A DNA stretch of 41,123 nt, taken from Candidatus Parcubacteria bacterium (GTDB lineage: Bacteria > Patescibacteriota > Patescibacteriia > Patescibacteriales > UBA12075). The notes beneath the pieces were generated by a model, which saw nothing but the letters and a program-made list of their open reading frames with translations, did not search any database and was not told the origin of the DNA. The position numbers were made by a program, and so were the translations under genes. This document shows, in pieces, positions 29,201 to 35,193 of this stretch (its first letter is position 1; each line of letters starts with the position of its first letter). Location: positions 1 through 41,123 of the forward strand of contig JAGLPO010000034.1 of assembly GCA_023137275.1 (NCBI GenBank), read 5' to 3'.

Positions 29201-30635
29201 GGCGATTTGTAAAACTAACAGTATAACCCCGGGAAATGACGGACCGCCAATATGCGCGGGCGGCGCTTGGTGCACTTCCACTTTAACAGCCAGCGCTAAT
29301 GAGGCCGGCTGCAATTATACAACAGCCACTACTTCGGAAATGCTTGACTGGTGGGGATTTGCCTGCGATAAAGCCGCCGGATTTGGCGTGGCCAAGTGTT
29401 CGTCCGGTTCCCAGGGAAGCGGTGATATATTTGATGATTCACCTTTTGTAATTAACCATCCCCCGGATCTTACTCAGGCTTCAACCACAGAGAACAATAA
29501 GGATCCGGGCGAGACCTATACGATTACCGCCAGTGTCACAGACGCCGATACTGCCGGGGGCGCCGATACTATGGATTTATTCGTGTGTTCTCAAAATAGC
29601 GCTGTCGCTGGCGTCGGTTGCGCCGGAGTAGGCAATATTGAGCTTTGTTCCGAATCCGCCACTAGTTCGCCAAACGCGTCTTGTCCTTTTTCCACTTCTT
29701 CGCCGGCCATTGCCGGAACCTATACTTATTACGCGTTTGTTTTTGACAGCCATGGCCTGGCCGCCTCTCCGGCCTCGCGCAGCGGCACTTATACGGTTAA
29801 TAACGTGGCGCCGAATCTTGGAACTCTGTTATTGAATAATGGCAGTGGTATTACTTTAAACATTAAAGGGGCCGGCGATATTTCAATTTCTGCCGTTAAC
29901 GCTTCCATAGAAGATGAGAACGGATGCAATGATCTGGTAAGCGCGGTTGGCCGGATATATATGTCCAATGCCGCTAATGGATTTAACTGCGCGGCCGATA
30001 ACAACGATTGTTATCATATTGACACGGCCAGCTGCGTGATCAGCGGCTGCGCCGGCGGCACTGATAAAACAGCGGTCATTACCTGCGCGGCCGGCATGAA
30101 ATATTACGCTATACCGACGACAGAAGATAAGTCCGGCTCTAATCCCTGGAAAGATTATAATTGGCTGTCTTATATGCAGGTTTATGACGGTTCAAACTAT
30201 AGCGCAACAACTTCAGCCGGGGTTGAAGTTGGTATCAGTCTGGCCTTAAATGTTGAAGAAGGCGCAATAGATTTTGGCTCGGAAATGGAGGAAGGTGATA
30301 ATAGCGGCACTGACAATTCCACGACCACGATTGAAAATGCCGGCAATTGCCCGATTGACACGAATATATCAGGCACGGATATGATAGGTAATCCTAGCGG
30401 AACCATTGATGTTGAGAATATTAAGTGGCATACTGACAATTTTAATTATACTTTGGAAGGGACCGCTCTTACCGAATCAGATGATCTGGTTGATATTGCT
30501 GCTCCGCGAGCCACTACTTCGTCTGATGTTGAAGACCGGATATATTGGGGGATCAGCATTCCTCATGAGGCGAATTCCAGCACGTATAACGGACAAAATG
30601 ATTTTCAAGTTCTTCTGGACGTTGATAATTGGTAG
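14247..30635 (+). CDS. Giant (5462 aa) modular cell-surface, adhesin-like protein
   Basis: Uninterrupted 16.4-kb ORF: N-terminal signal/TM, acidic linker, MG2-like 'NTNKSIYSP' domain, 2x DUF2341+LamG-like, 5x FN3-like (IWAYD), 4x GYKWQxxAC modules, 3x 'Q..(W/Y)RW.NDD...YCFR' type domains, a possible beta-propeller near 25440-26760, and a Cys-rich C-terminal module. Confidence 0.9.
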   Translation: MLEKIKSLYKNKAIRLAILVVVLTAVFGYSGGRFYIVKAFNSRVNIFPGSFAVEQIDNDLVWENIEKSFYQDLSGTAEGEEFIKENSAFILSAKSLEIYKAEPEFAPAVSEEETVDDSAPADLQEEIQDEGINEAELKEPEENDDLIEETILPEEIGEDAGSESGKELTPEIIPLEADESPEPTGDPEPVENKDDVSLFDRVIQGINGFISYTKELDIFGFKLARAQDDSADFVEPKAQYTLLNQNIIFSDFSVPIEYTENNLAQINLRLSLAAYSEYINDHILLEYSINNEWHSLDEISLNERISNRLNNDYLLYDLSENMNWEDLDDLKVKVNYLNNDLVSDEDDKELEIFLDAIWLEVDYNDPAMETENISEGKVLGAEEESENNKKYEFKLLSDKTDFESSEMPNFNFRIQKKENLLQQLLTEITQTFRDEYKILSMSAKLLNEDGSEYEDAALRVNYLKDGEFEVKYDKLLRKFKPGKNKIIISVREGTEQYIFSQDFTWGVLALNTNKSIYSPKEDAYLQMAVLDDNGNTLCAVNALTLEIRDPIGQISYLTLDNGKIIANPECGPNNVIDSPDFYGYYRLDVPGRYELILKADTDNGEREISDFIEVHEAVPIAIERIGPTRIYPLARYAMRFNITPTIDFEGEFKEIVPNVFIVKAPSGRITSGQEGENIISWQVDWSAGRTYELSYVFDAPDISPEFYLLGPAKAGGRGTFLLADSLIKEALIQKEIRQWQIASDDLTILFTKDSTTANDYNTTEETLLSLSGFDSGETYIIFGGVGSSRYDGASNRNEIGLSIQANETHLPNLNEFVEGPRSDDGASVFMMGKREWDTETLYLRADSTATADAEDYFLMAMATSTMGTYGQDYFWNDHINTADLPANPTFSEYASTTFLSDGSSEYLVIGVMEAAVDADSQWIEMDIYNGSASMVEHVRDAEDIADTIQLFAATSTRPTAGTTTISIRGRASAGTTGDHLSSRILIIRMNYYKDWSCSGSSAAGAINTAPAVINSTSLQLSSPGDVVALYYGAFSSTDIGSGVSARARFDSTVQYQITEDDPNNGPGRIHVWNTTDVHPTLWFDEITVSDTDSHTYDFSYERQSVIGASYEQSLICVWGKAPAEDVSVSATGTQIFSILIPTSNVEMNAKFVLTDNTGSHNINSIIITENGTIDAGEYLENVRLYYELDTTAPYDCAGESYGGSEEQYGATSTGGFSSANGTAVFSETVGISTTSTMCVYTVLDVIVGAADNSTLEIKIDDPVNEVDINIGIVGPSTGVDLPGTTQLTAPAVTAIVDEQRKSDNSTLISNTNWTDENEVYLSAFAYSSISATTSEFDYYFELLTENGTYTTATTVPAGPCVSGTAYGSCGSNIWTGIASATSWYDTNWVYRKKITIFASQVVATADDFVVLATTTDANLAYTSNGGHMASSSGADMLIADAFGNKLDYEREYYSSSTGEIAIWIQLDISSTTNQEIYLYYGNSTVSKDQATTTGVWDSSYKAVWHLAESGTGAAGEYLDSTVNSYHGQGGTSVGGDNCDPPTRVSGLAGYGQSFDGDSDNFGLTPDVGLDVFGSDFTLEAWTLLDTTDNGVILDALPGPNTRLNFSHDGADGWTYNSRSGTIATYIVESANTTDINEYHHIVYTRSGNDYIVYLDGAVLATNTNAIAPPADSDWSFGHRRESRMSLTGDLDEIRVLSVARTQEWIQTEFNNQSNVNSFMSFGNEESSGIALTAGEANISGIPDRGTVAGQGYKWQVLACNDNDYCSNWARFNSTLPNFKVDDTSPTAPGNLVLATTTATTIRLDFGSQSSDDNFDRYRMFYKVGISEVSQNDIEHNDSNLLSADYSSATSTLITNLDSATTYVINIWAYDDAGNYTSASEIVVTTASAPHARARSVQFLAGNYSANGSSGQLSNTNQTFNAFALELAETEAQIRNAYLIFETQFEAYHVNSGDYIGYELAFDVCEEPCSADAFFGTGRILTDDNTALVYNEAGGNQARILMDVTSEAELFAYKGDGADLEAQIGYRLETDTATTSIAGAKAILVVTYSFNDDNSSNYTNTVIYPLESTASGDSGTRRASTTDNCIKTPDGSANCPIFNYNMNIPEFNAKLSQWFEIFGVNDLHGANDVLANVNIEGVNINSNSFYHEAANNGEQSNLPRLIFNNVSGFSESTAQALEAYFFGQGSGRYYLLGGEVIETYTAAKSAGTKTRTVSFPIGALTNGQSMSTASSSVDVYFPENGSGVGVVNIEKAWLRIVSNNYNSGDRTLTVSSKVGDNTQSSNYIYDLNTGTDVINPVYRVVHIIPGGDYSELESANAASPKAVTAYTTNSSLEQGGVSVELMITYTYTDESSGYLSALSLYGGQSDVNGNSQNDIETIANLVFPELRGDETIRAAGLTTSYLFSDSDGDMPGVWFSLGSNIATSSPICTSTYYHRSDGINSFGEMIENVSSVLSANDNESYSACYSNANGSSLTAGAKMNAILNYVYQWDAPPPVLTQNDWRWYEEEDGVTPDTPLADENAVISNVNIGDNARLRMNIGVSSDNMATSTQTFKLQYATTSDCTSASEWTDVGGLAGNLPWRGYNNPDPIDGATLDSVLLSSSTRSESYEEENPSAGNPRGVVVGGFGEWDWTLYNNSATSSQSYCFRMVFSDGTALNDYLSDSYPKLTTAPDNSSSEDPDSLGQYRNDDQSVISNSGWINTDTIDLNAKATDPNLNEIITLYFEIASTSDSFTTATSAPSQACLSGTNWNSCLSKVWAASSTAGDYRTVPFSGTTTIAGLPDYAVGYKWQVLACDDSGECSDWVKYNLTTPNFKVDTVAPDAPGNMIFATSTPTSITLALGASTTEDNFYRYQVFYRAGIFGVNENDDEHADNNFNFQDYNSATSTLVINLSANTEYVFNIWAYDLAGNSASATVEVVGTTTSAFNPPTGFISSVDQRTDGSGIVDVIILVNDPDNDDQVRARIMYVSGGSCDLTAPLDPSLDETGANIWATYGDPDIDNDHYYQVGTSTSWIITSPGQNYVFFDWQAYLDEPDANGDYCLGLVVNDGGFDQVATHTLDFTLDNVDPAIPGNLTFDSKSYNSVTLDFSTSSSDTNFDQYIIYYKKGISGVSETDTPFDKDDDSNLDFVNYGTAATTTIIGLDPDTDYVFNIWAYDVYGNATSALVELTAKTNAQPVNISADEQYLDDGFTVISNNTWINENNVILQASAHDQDATDSITFYYEVLTATGTFSIATSAPGDYCAYSTAYLSCDNNIWGVSTSTSNLPSDWYSEDWLFRKAITINSSQVATSVGAMPILATTTDADLAARARSDAYDILFTDSDGITKIPYEREYYNSGTGELTAWIKTAVSSTTDKVIYMYYGNAASDTDQATTTGVWDIGYAGAWHLSENVVDESSWVNAHLDSGTYGNDGDQYGNNEMPGQIYRGQEFDGIDDYIDIGNTNNTINGAAFWIKADSLTQDIMDFDNGTHTIALTNGVLSAPGFVSPTFYVDGIATTTLDTGWHHVIAATDTGFSASDFDIGRINTSYFDGLIDEVRLLSVSRGIGWASTQANNQRDVDSFLGFGSEELAISFYETMLVITVPDNPDYASGYKWQAMACDDDNDCTVWDEFNSTTPNFKIDTTLPGAPGQLSEDSKTSNTITLAYGAAANEDNFVEYKIYYSTTSPVFETDIEHNDSDLGDQYYNSATDTTVTGLNPDTTYYFNIWAYDIVGHTTSSTPVSITTNNAQSSPGAAFYTKNTRVLYYRVWDGVNWGAEQAGPTLGSDVGDNIRHIRTQRSDDGGKVGILIKTWDGTNQEWWGAVYRYAANDFISASSLGSAQSSTTNNQLLTACIAALSDDEFIVVRNNNASDGTLIFSWNGTDEWVNEGAGPNPSAVMNGCALERRPGTDNYLLLTFDDDGDTGTAYYYGGSSYTDSWTVWSQHSGDEEDIDNYVGQAFFDPSDNTQGAFSYSNSTVNNYAYAKYFLCDNTSINFGAPVAGPGSAPDDWGNDFVHGEFAPDPTSSGLAYYAGRDIGGELNVYQVDASDSSIGWATTTNGDNISAGDLYSETNDSQKPFAIEFYKGGHGVVVGLNNTGASLPYYSTISTAGSSLSATSSVENATNDVWTRVRLYNDPNEDELLAIFQNDNTDYITAFWDGGNDQFYAAGTQAWTELATSTGAASQNDENISFAYTKNNSAPDLPTGLGQYKNDGLTDIANQAWTNASTTQFVASITDADTSEIITYYLQLLPNNDTFATTTAELSNACGSSTPFNSCNSKIWAIASSTPGDYSTEPYTATATIGYIPDSTIGYKWQVIACDDSSACSSWALFNATAPNFYVDTTAPTAPGELIDIQVTGNSITLQFGATSTETNFDRYQIHYATNSSVQLSDTEHSDSDLTNKLFNYTTQTIVNNLASNTLYYFNIWAFDLAGNRATATPEISTTTNIGPRLAQISYLLENDDGVNVNSNTADVASNTPLNNINIGERINARLQLENFGGDIMSNKVYQLQYENQTDDPGNWYNVGAATEISHSPGLSGAVNGQAITLSKAAANANQWNDGTWHEDTGQIGSYSLTEQYYTEFVFAIETGNAATNTAYRLRLYNLTDSEELETYTNYAVINTIVSESKRYSKEINGSLPTDTNDLNYYLDPEGYADVFSDDNVNRDELTSSANYAIYNFATKHTNSTEAASSTWNGRSTIAPFSNNVVLQAYRFGTTNAWVTLDTENAAGAGADFDLTATLNSNLSEYYNGGNWIYWRVYQVSGTQTLRTDYFNINYSAPIPYVEQIHYRWRNDDGTELNATWLEDEDTGNPTLGNALSKGSSTRLRFAVVNTGGGEATTYQYQIEYASSSDGCSTDPGNWETVPITATTEHFEMATSTYFNDGEATTATTTNSENYTFIAGDMVADSSNTSGQISLSEGRYTELEYIMLVTINADTGGTYCFRVTNNSSVLNNYDTYPVVTLAGNTNNAPGFDAHPSDNNSASTSPTNYGADISFTATASDDEHSYYLAICKTNSITPGNDGPPICAGGAWCTSTLTASANEAGCNYTTATTSEMLDWWGFACDKAAGFGVAKCSSGSQGSGDIFDDSPFVINHPPDLTQASTTENNKDPGETYTITASVTDADTAGGADTMDLFVCSQNSAVAGVGCAGVGNIELCSESATSSPNASCPFSTSSPAIAGTYTYYAFVFDSHGLAASPASRSGTYTVNNVAPNLGTLLLNNGSGITLNIKGAGDISISAVNASIEDENGCNDLVSAVGRIYMSNAANGFNCAADNNDCYHIDTASCVISGCAGGTDKTAVITCAAGMKYYAIPTTEDKSGSNPWKDYNWLSYMQVYDGSNYSATTSAGVEVGISLALNVEEGAIDFGSEMEEGDNSGTDNSTTTIENAGNCPIDTNISGTDMIGNPSGTIDVENIKWHTDNFNYTLEGTALTESDDLVDIAAPRATTSSDVEDRIYWGISIPHEANSSTYNGQNDFQVLLDVDNW

Positions 30636-30679
30636 TTGTCTTTGTTTAATTTTATTTTAAATTTTTAAAACTCAAACCT

Positions 30680-31399
30680 ATGCAAAATCAAGCACAAAAT
30701 TTTAACCAGGATTCAGATTTAGATCAAGAACAAAACAAAAATCAGGAGCAGCCGTTTAAAAAAGAGCCTTTTTTTCTTATGACCATTAAAACACCTTTGA
30801 TTGTTTTGATTTTCATCGCGCTTGGAGCGGTGATTGGATTGATGGGATATGTTTTAACAAAAAAACAAGTAAAAGTTGAAGCGCCAGAAGTAAAAGTATC
30901 AGATGAGATTATTAAAACTGATAGTTCCGATTTACCGTCCAAAGATTCAGCGACGGATGACTGGCAGATTTATCGAAGCGAAAAAGGCGGCTTTGAATTA
31001 AAAGCACTGGTTAAATGGGATTTTTATGAACATATTTCCTCTGTAACGGGAGGTGTAGACCTTTTCTTGTTTTTTGATAAAGATGCAACAACTACCAGTA
31101 TTGATGAATATGATTATGTACAACTAAACATAAGAATTAAACAAAATAAGCAGAATTTATCAATGGAAGATTTTTATAATGGCAAGCAAAGTACCGAGTT
31201 ATTCCGTAATGCTCAAGGCGGCTATAACGAAGTAATAATAGGAGGAAAAAATGCTGTTAGATTTAAAGAAAAGGATGATATTGGGGCAGATGTTGTTGTT
31301 ATTCCGCTGCATGGCAAGTTTATAGAAATAGATAGTGCTAATTCTAATATAGAGATGTTCAATCAAATCCTCTCCACTTTCAAATTTATAGAAGATTAA
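30680..31399 (+). CDS. Membrane-anchored PsbP-like protein, copy 1
   Basis: TM; 'WQIYRSEKGGFELK..VKW' and C-terminal 'FNQILSTFKF'. Confidence 0.75.
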   Translation: MQNQAQNFNQDSDLDQEQNKNQEQPFKKEPFFLMTIKTPLIVLIFIALGAVIGLMGYVLTKKQVKVEAPEVKVSDEIIKTDSSDLPSKDSATDDWQIYRSEKGGFELKALVKWDFYEHISSVTGGVDLFLFFDKDATTTSIDEYDYVQLNIRIKQNKQNLSMEDFYNGKQSTELFRNAQGGYNEVIIGGKNAVRFKEKDDIGADVVVIPLHGKFIEIDSANSNIEMFNQILSTFKFIED

Positions 31400-31401
31400 A
31401 C

Positions 31402-31430
31402 TTGACAATATGAAGAATATTTTGTAAAAT
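31402..31430 (+). promoter_or_regulatory. Sigma70 promoter of the AAA ATPase
   Basis: TTGACA-17 bp-TAAAAT immediately after the copy-1 stop codon. Confidence 0.7.
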
Positions 31431-31462
31431 ATAGTCATAATATTTAAAAAGATTTAAAAATT

Positions 31463-32770
31463 ATGAATATAATTTTAAAGAATAGAACAATTTTGCCTAA
31501 TATTGCCAAACAGCTTAATAATGATTTAGTGTTGATCTTGATCGGGGCAAGGCAATCAGGCAAAACATCTATTTTAAAATTGCTTGCAAAATATATTAAA
31601 AAGCATTATCCCAAAAATAGCATACTCTATTTTGATCTGGAAAAGCCTGATATTTTGGAAAATTTTTTAGATTACAGATCAATTTTAAATTTTTTGAAAA
31701 CACAGGGCATTGATAAAAATAAAATGAATTTTATTCTATTGGATGAATTTCAAAAAATGCCAACGCCGGCAAAGACACTGAAAATAATCCATGATCATTA
31801 TCCGTTTTTAAAAATAATCGCCACAGGGTCGTCATCTTTAGAGATAAGCAAGAAATTAAGAGAAGAATCAATGGTTGGCAGGAAAAGAATTTTTACCGTT
31901 TTTCCATTGGATTTTGGAGAATATTTAAATTTTATCAAATTTGACGATTACGAAATATTTAAAAGAGTTATAGAAAAAGACATTGATCCAAGCTCAGTCA
32001 AGCAGAAGTTTATTTCCAGTTCGGAAGAAAGCGCTATCTGGGGTTTATATCCAAAAGTAGCTTTGCTTGATAATCATGAAGAAAAGCGCCAGGAATTAGC
32101 TGAGATATACCAGTCATATCTAAATAAAGATATTGTTGGTTTTTTAAACGTTGAGGATGCTGTTTCTATAAACAAGCTGGTTTCTTTGCTGGCTGTCCAG
32201 ATTGGTAATCTGTTTAATCAGAATGAAATTACAAAAGTTGCCGGTATTTCCAGGCATATTTTAGAAAAATATCTTTTTATTTTAGAAAACACATTTATCA
32301 TCAGCCGCCTGCTTCCTTTCTATACCGATAAACAAAAAGAGGTTATAAAAATGCCGAAAATGTATTTTATGGATACCGGGCTGCGCAATTTCGCGATTAA
32401 AAATTTTAATTCCTTAATAACGCGCCAGGATACCGGTTCATTAATGGAAAATTTTGTTTTTTTGGAATTATTAAAGCGCAAGAAAATCACGGATGAAATT
32501 CGTTTTTGGAGAACGCCGCACAAAGCTGAGGTTGATTTTATTATTTTGGGAGAGGCAAATAAAATTACTCCGATTGAAGTAAAATATAAATCATTCGCGA
32601 AACCGATCGCGCCTTCCGGCTTAAAAGCGTTTATCAATCTTTATTTGCCAAAACAAGCTTTTGTTTTAACTAAGGATTTCTATGCTGTATCAAAATACAA
32701 TCAATGCAAAATATATTTTTTGCCAGTGTTTTTAACGGCTAAGATTTTTAAGATTTTAAGTCAAAAATAA
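31463..32770 (+). CDS. AAA_14 ATPase with DUF4143 (COG1373-like)
   Basis: Walker A GARQSGKT, Walker B ILLDEFQ, ATGSS, PKMYFMDTGL, ENFV, EVDF...PIEVK (PD-(D/E)xK-like). Confidence 0.93.
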   Translation: MNIILKNRTILPNIAKQLNNDLVLILIGARQSGKTSILKLLAKYIKKHYPKNSILYFDLEKPDILENFLDYRSILNFLKTQGIDKNKMNFILLDEFQKMPTPAKTLKIIHDHYPFLKIIATGSSSLEISKKLREESMVGRKRIFTVFPLDFGEYLNFIKFDDYEIFKRVIEKDIDPSSVKQKFISSSEESAIWGLYPKVALLDNHEEKRQELAEIYQSYLNKDIVGFLNVEDAVSINKLVSLLAVQIGNLFNQNEITKVAGISRHILEKYLFILENTFIISRLLPFYTDKQKEVIKMPKMYFMDTGLRNFAIKNFNSLITRQDTGSLMENFVFLELLKRKKITDEIRFWRTPHKAEVDFIILGEANKITPIEVKYKSFAKPIAPSGLKAFINLYLPKQAFVLTKDFYAVSKYNQCKIYFLPVFLTAKIFKILSQK

Positions 32771-32894
32771 TTTTAATTTTTAAAATTACAAATTTATACC
32801 AAACCAAACTCAAAACCCGAATCAAAATTCAGATTTAGATCAAGAACAAAATAAGAATCAAGAGCAGCCGCTTAAAAAAGAGCCTTTTTTTCTT

Positions 32895-33512
32895 ATGACT
32901 CTCAAAACACCTGTAATTGTTTTGATTTTCATCGCGCTTGGAGCGGTGATTGGATTGATGGGCTATGTTTTAACAAAAAAACAAGTAAAAGTTGAAGCGC
33001 CAGAAGTAAAAGTATCAGATGAGATTATTAAAATTGATAGTTCCGATTTATCATCCAAAGCTTCAGCGACGGATGACTGGCAGATTTATCGAAGCGAAAA
33101 AGGCGGCTTTGAATTAAAAGCACCGGTTAAATGGGATTTTTATGAACATATTTCCTCTGTAACGGGAGGTGTAGACCTTTTCTTGTTTTTTGACAAAGAA
33201 GCAACAACTACCAGCATTGATGAATACGATTATATACAGTTGAATATAAGAATTAAACAAAACAAACTGAATTTATCAATGGAAGATTTTTATAATGGCA
33301 AGCAAAGTACCGAGTTATTTCGTAATGCTCGAGGCGGCTATAACGAAGTAATAATAGGAGGAAAAAATGCTGTTAGATTTAAAGAAAAAGACGATATCGG
33401 GGCAGATGTTGTTGTTATCCCGCTACAGGGCAAGTTTATAGAAATAGATAGTGCTAATTCTGATATAGAAATTTTCAATCAAATCCTCTCCACTTTCAAA
33501 TTCATAGATTAA
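32895..33512 (+). CDS. Membrane-anchored PsbP-like protein, copy 2
   Basis: ~93% aa identity to copy 1. The frame is open back to ATA at 32796, which aligns with the copy-1 ATG. Confidence 0.75.
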   Translation: MTLKTPVIVLIFIALGAVIGLMGYVLTKKQVKVEAPEVKVSDEIIKIDSSDLSSKASATDDWQIYRSEKGGFELKAPVKWDFYEHISSVTGGVDLFLFFDKEATTTSIDEYDYIQLNIRIKQNKLNLSMEDFYNGKQSTELFRNARGGYNEVIIGGKNAVRFKEKDDIGADVVVIPLQGKFIEIDSANSDIEIFNQILSTFKFID

Positions 33513-33562
33513 ATTTGTTAAAAACCAGCGTTTTATGGTATAGTATATATAATTATTACCCC

Positions 33563-35119
33563 ATGCAAAAATCAAGGAGTTTAATTAATTTTAAAAATTT
33601 TATTGTCAGCCTGGCCCTGGCCGTAATCTGGGTGGCTGGGTTTTTTGTTTGGCAAAATAAGCATTTATTGCCGGCCGCGGCCGAGGAAGAAGAAGAGGAT
33701 AATACACCGCCATTAATCTACAACGTTGGCGTTTCCAGTATTAACGCGACATCCTCAATCATCACTTGGGAAACCGATGAATTAGCGGATTCATTGATCA
33801 ATTACGGCCTTAATAAGGAATACGGGATCATCCGCGATCCGCGGGCCGACAAATTTGAGCACATGATAATCGTTGAAAATTTGGCGCCGGACACGAATTA
33901 TTTTTTTAGGATCACTTCGGCTGATGACAGCGGCAACCAGGGAATATCCAGCGATTATACTTTTCAAACCCTTAAGGATAAAGAAAAAGAGATGGAATTT
34001 GACGGTCTTCAAGAAGAAGTCAGTGAAGAAGGGATAGCCGGCCTTAACGAGGTCGGGGTTGAAGAAATACTTCAGGCGATAAAAAGCATTTCCTCGGAAG
34101 AAGTGCTGGAAAAGATTGAAGAGGAGCTTAAACAAACCGCTGAAGAAGTGCTTTCGCCGCCAACCATTATTCTTGATTACGCCGATGTTGAGGTCGGGAC
34201 CGACTACGCGATAATCACCTGGGAAACCGACAAAGAATCCAATACGATCGTGGCTTTGGCAGACGAGGATGATTATGATGAAGACGCGGCTGATCCGTAT
34301 CGCTGGCGCGAAGGCGGCCCGGACGACATGACACTTGAGCATCGGGTGGAGATAACCGGCCTGAATCCGGCCACGGTTTACCATTTTCAGGTTTCATCAC
34401 AGTCAACTTTGGGTTTAACCGGCTATAGCAGTGACAAAATTTTCAAAACCAAATCAGTCAAGCCGGAAATATATAATATTCAGCTGTCCAAGGTAGAGGA
34501 AGAATCAGCCACCATTCGCTATACGACCAATGTTCCTTGCTCGTCTATTATTGATTATACTAATTTAAATACGAACGATACCAAACTGGAAGGCAATTCC
34601 AGCTATTTGACCGTCCATCGGACGCGGCTTACTAATTTGATCTTTGATACTTATTATTCATTTATTGTTAAAGTGGAGAGCGAGGACCAGGAAAAGGCCG
34701 AGAGCGCTCCGATCACTTTTATTACGATCAAAGATGAAGAGCCGCCGGTAATTACTAAGGTAAATACCGAGTCAACCATATATCCGGGTTCGGAAAACAA
34801 GATCCAGACCATTGCCTCCTGGCGTTCGGATGAACCGGCCCAATGCCAGCTGTTTTATCATCAGGGCCTGGTGGTAATTGACGAGCCGCAATCGCTTATC
34901 AAGGAAGAGGATTTTGCCGTTAAGCATGTTCAGGTAATCACAAATTTTTTACCTTCCACGGTCTATAAATTCTGGATAGTATGCGATGACGAAGCCGGCA
35001 ACGCTTCAAGATCAGAGGATTTTACCATGCTTACCCCGACCCAGGAGGAAAGCATTATTGATATTATTATTAAAAACTTTGAAAGTACTTTCGGCTGGCT
35101 TAAAAAGATGAAAATATAA
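33563..35119 (+). CDS. Secreted/anchored protein with four FN3-like (purple acid phosphatase N-terminal-like) domains
   Basis: Signal/TM; repeats 'IITWETDE.A.S...H.....NL.P.T.Y.F.I.S'; acidic coiled-coil spacer; amphipathic C-terminal helix. ATG 33563 preferred over TTG 33515. Confidence 0.8.
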   Translation: MQKSRSLINFKNFIVSLALAVIWVAGFFVWQNKHLLPAAAEEEEEDNTPPLIYNVGVSSINATSSIITWETDELADSLINYGLNKEYGIIRDPRADKFEHMIIVENLAPDTNYFFRITSADDSGNQGISSDYTFQTLKDKEKEMEFDGLQEEVSEEGIAGLNEVGVEEILQAIKSISSEEVLEKIEEELKQTAEEVLSPPTIILDYADVEVGTDYAIITWETDKESNTIVALADEDDYDEDAADPYRWREGGPDDMTLEHRVEITGLNPATVYHFQVSSQSTLGLTGYSSDKIFKTKSVKPEIYNIQLSKVEEESATIRYTTNVPCSSIIDYTNLNTNDTKLEGNSSYLTVHRTRLTNLIFDTYYSFIVKVESEDQEKAESAPITFITIKDEEPPVITKVNTESTIYPGSENKIQTIASWRSDEPAQCQLFYHQGLVVIDEPQSLIKEEDFAVKHVQVITNFLPSTVYKFWIVCDDEAGNASRSEDFTMLTPTQEESIIDIIIKNFESTFGWLKKMKI

Positions 35120-35122
35120 TTT

Positions 35123-35190
35123 AGATAACAGATAGCAGATAACAGAATCCCGAATACCCGGGACTGTCGTCTGTCGTCTGTCGTCTGTTA
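35123..35190. repeat. Inverted heptamer tandem repeats forming a long hairpin
   Basis: (AGATARC)x3 ... TCCCG/CGGGA ... (CTGTCGT)x3 CTGTTA, ending 3 nt before ATG 35194. Confidence 0.8.
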
Positions 35191-35193
35191 ACA

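Larger units (their letters stand above)
30680..33512 (+). repeat. ~720-bp direct repeats (30680-31399 and 32796-33512) flanking the ATPase gene
   Basis: Colinear copies 2116 bp apart; about 14 aa differences over the 205 aligned residues. Confidence 0.95.

Noticed and set aside
14247-30635. Alternative genetic code (TGA = Gly or Trp), suggested by rare TGA stops and the interrupted ORF at 13443-13625
   Set aside because: The 5462-codon Gly/Trp-rich ORF and all other long genes have no in-frame TGA, and 13674-13976 ends in TGA.
14404-30660. Many short antisense and alternate-frame ORFs inside the giant gene (likewise 33791-34384, 35773-36198, 39531-39971)
   Set aside because: They lie within well-supported genes, have no recognisable motifs, and are expected shadow ORFs.
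30680-33512. Diversity-generating retroelement TR/VR pair
   Set aside because: Differences are not adenine-specific, the repeat covers a whole gene, and no reverse transcriptase is present.
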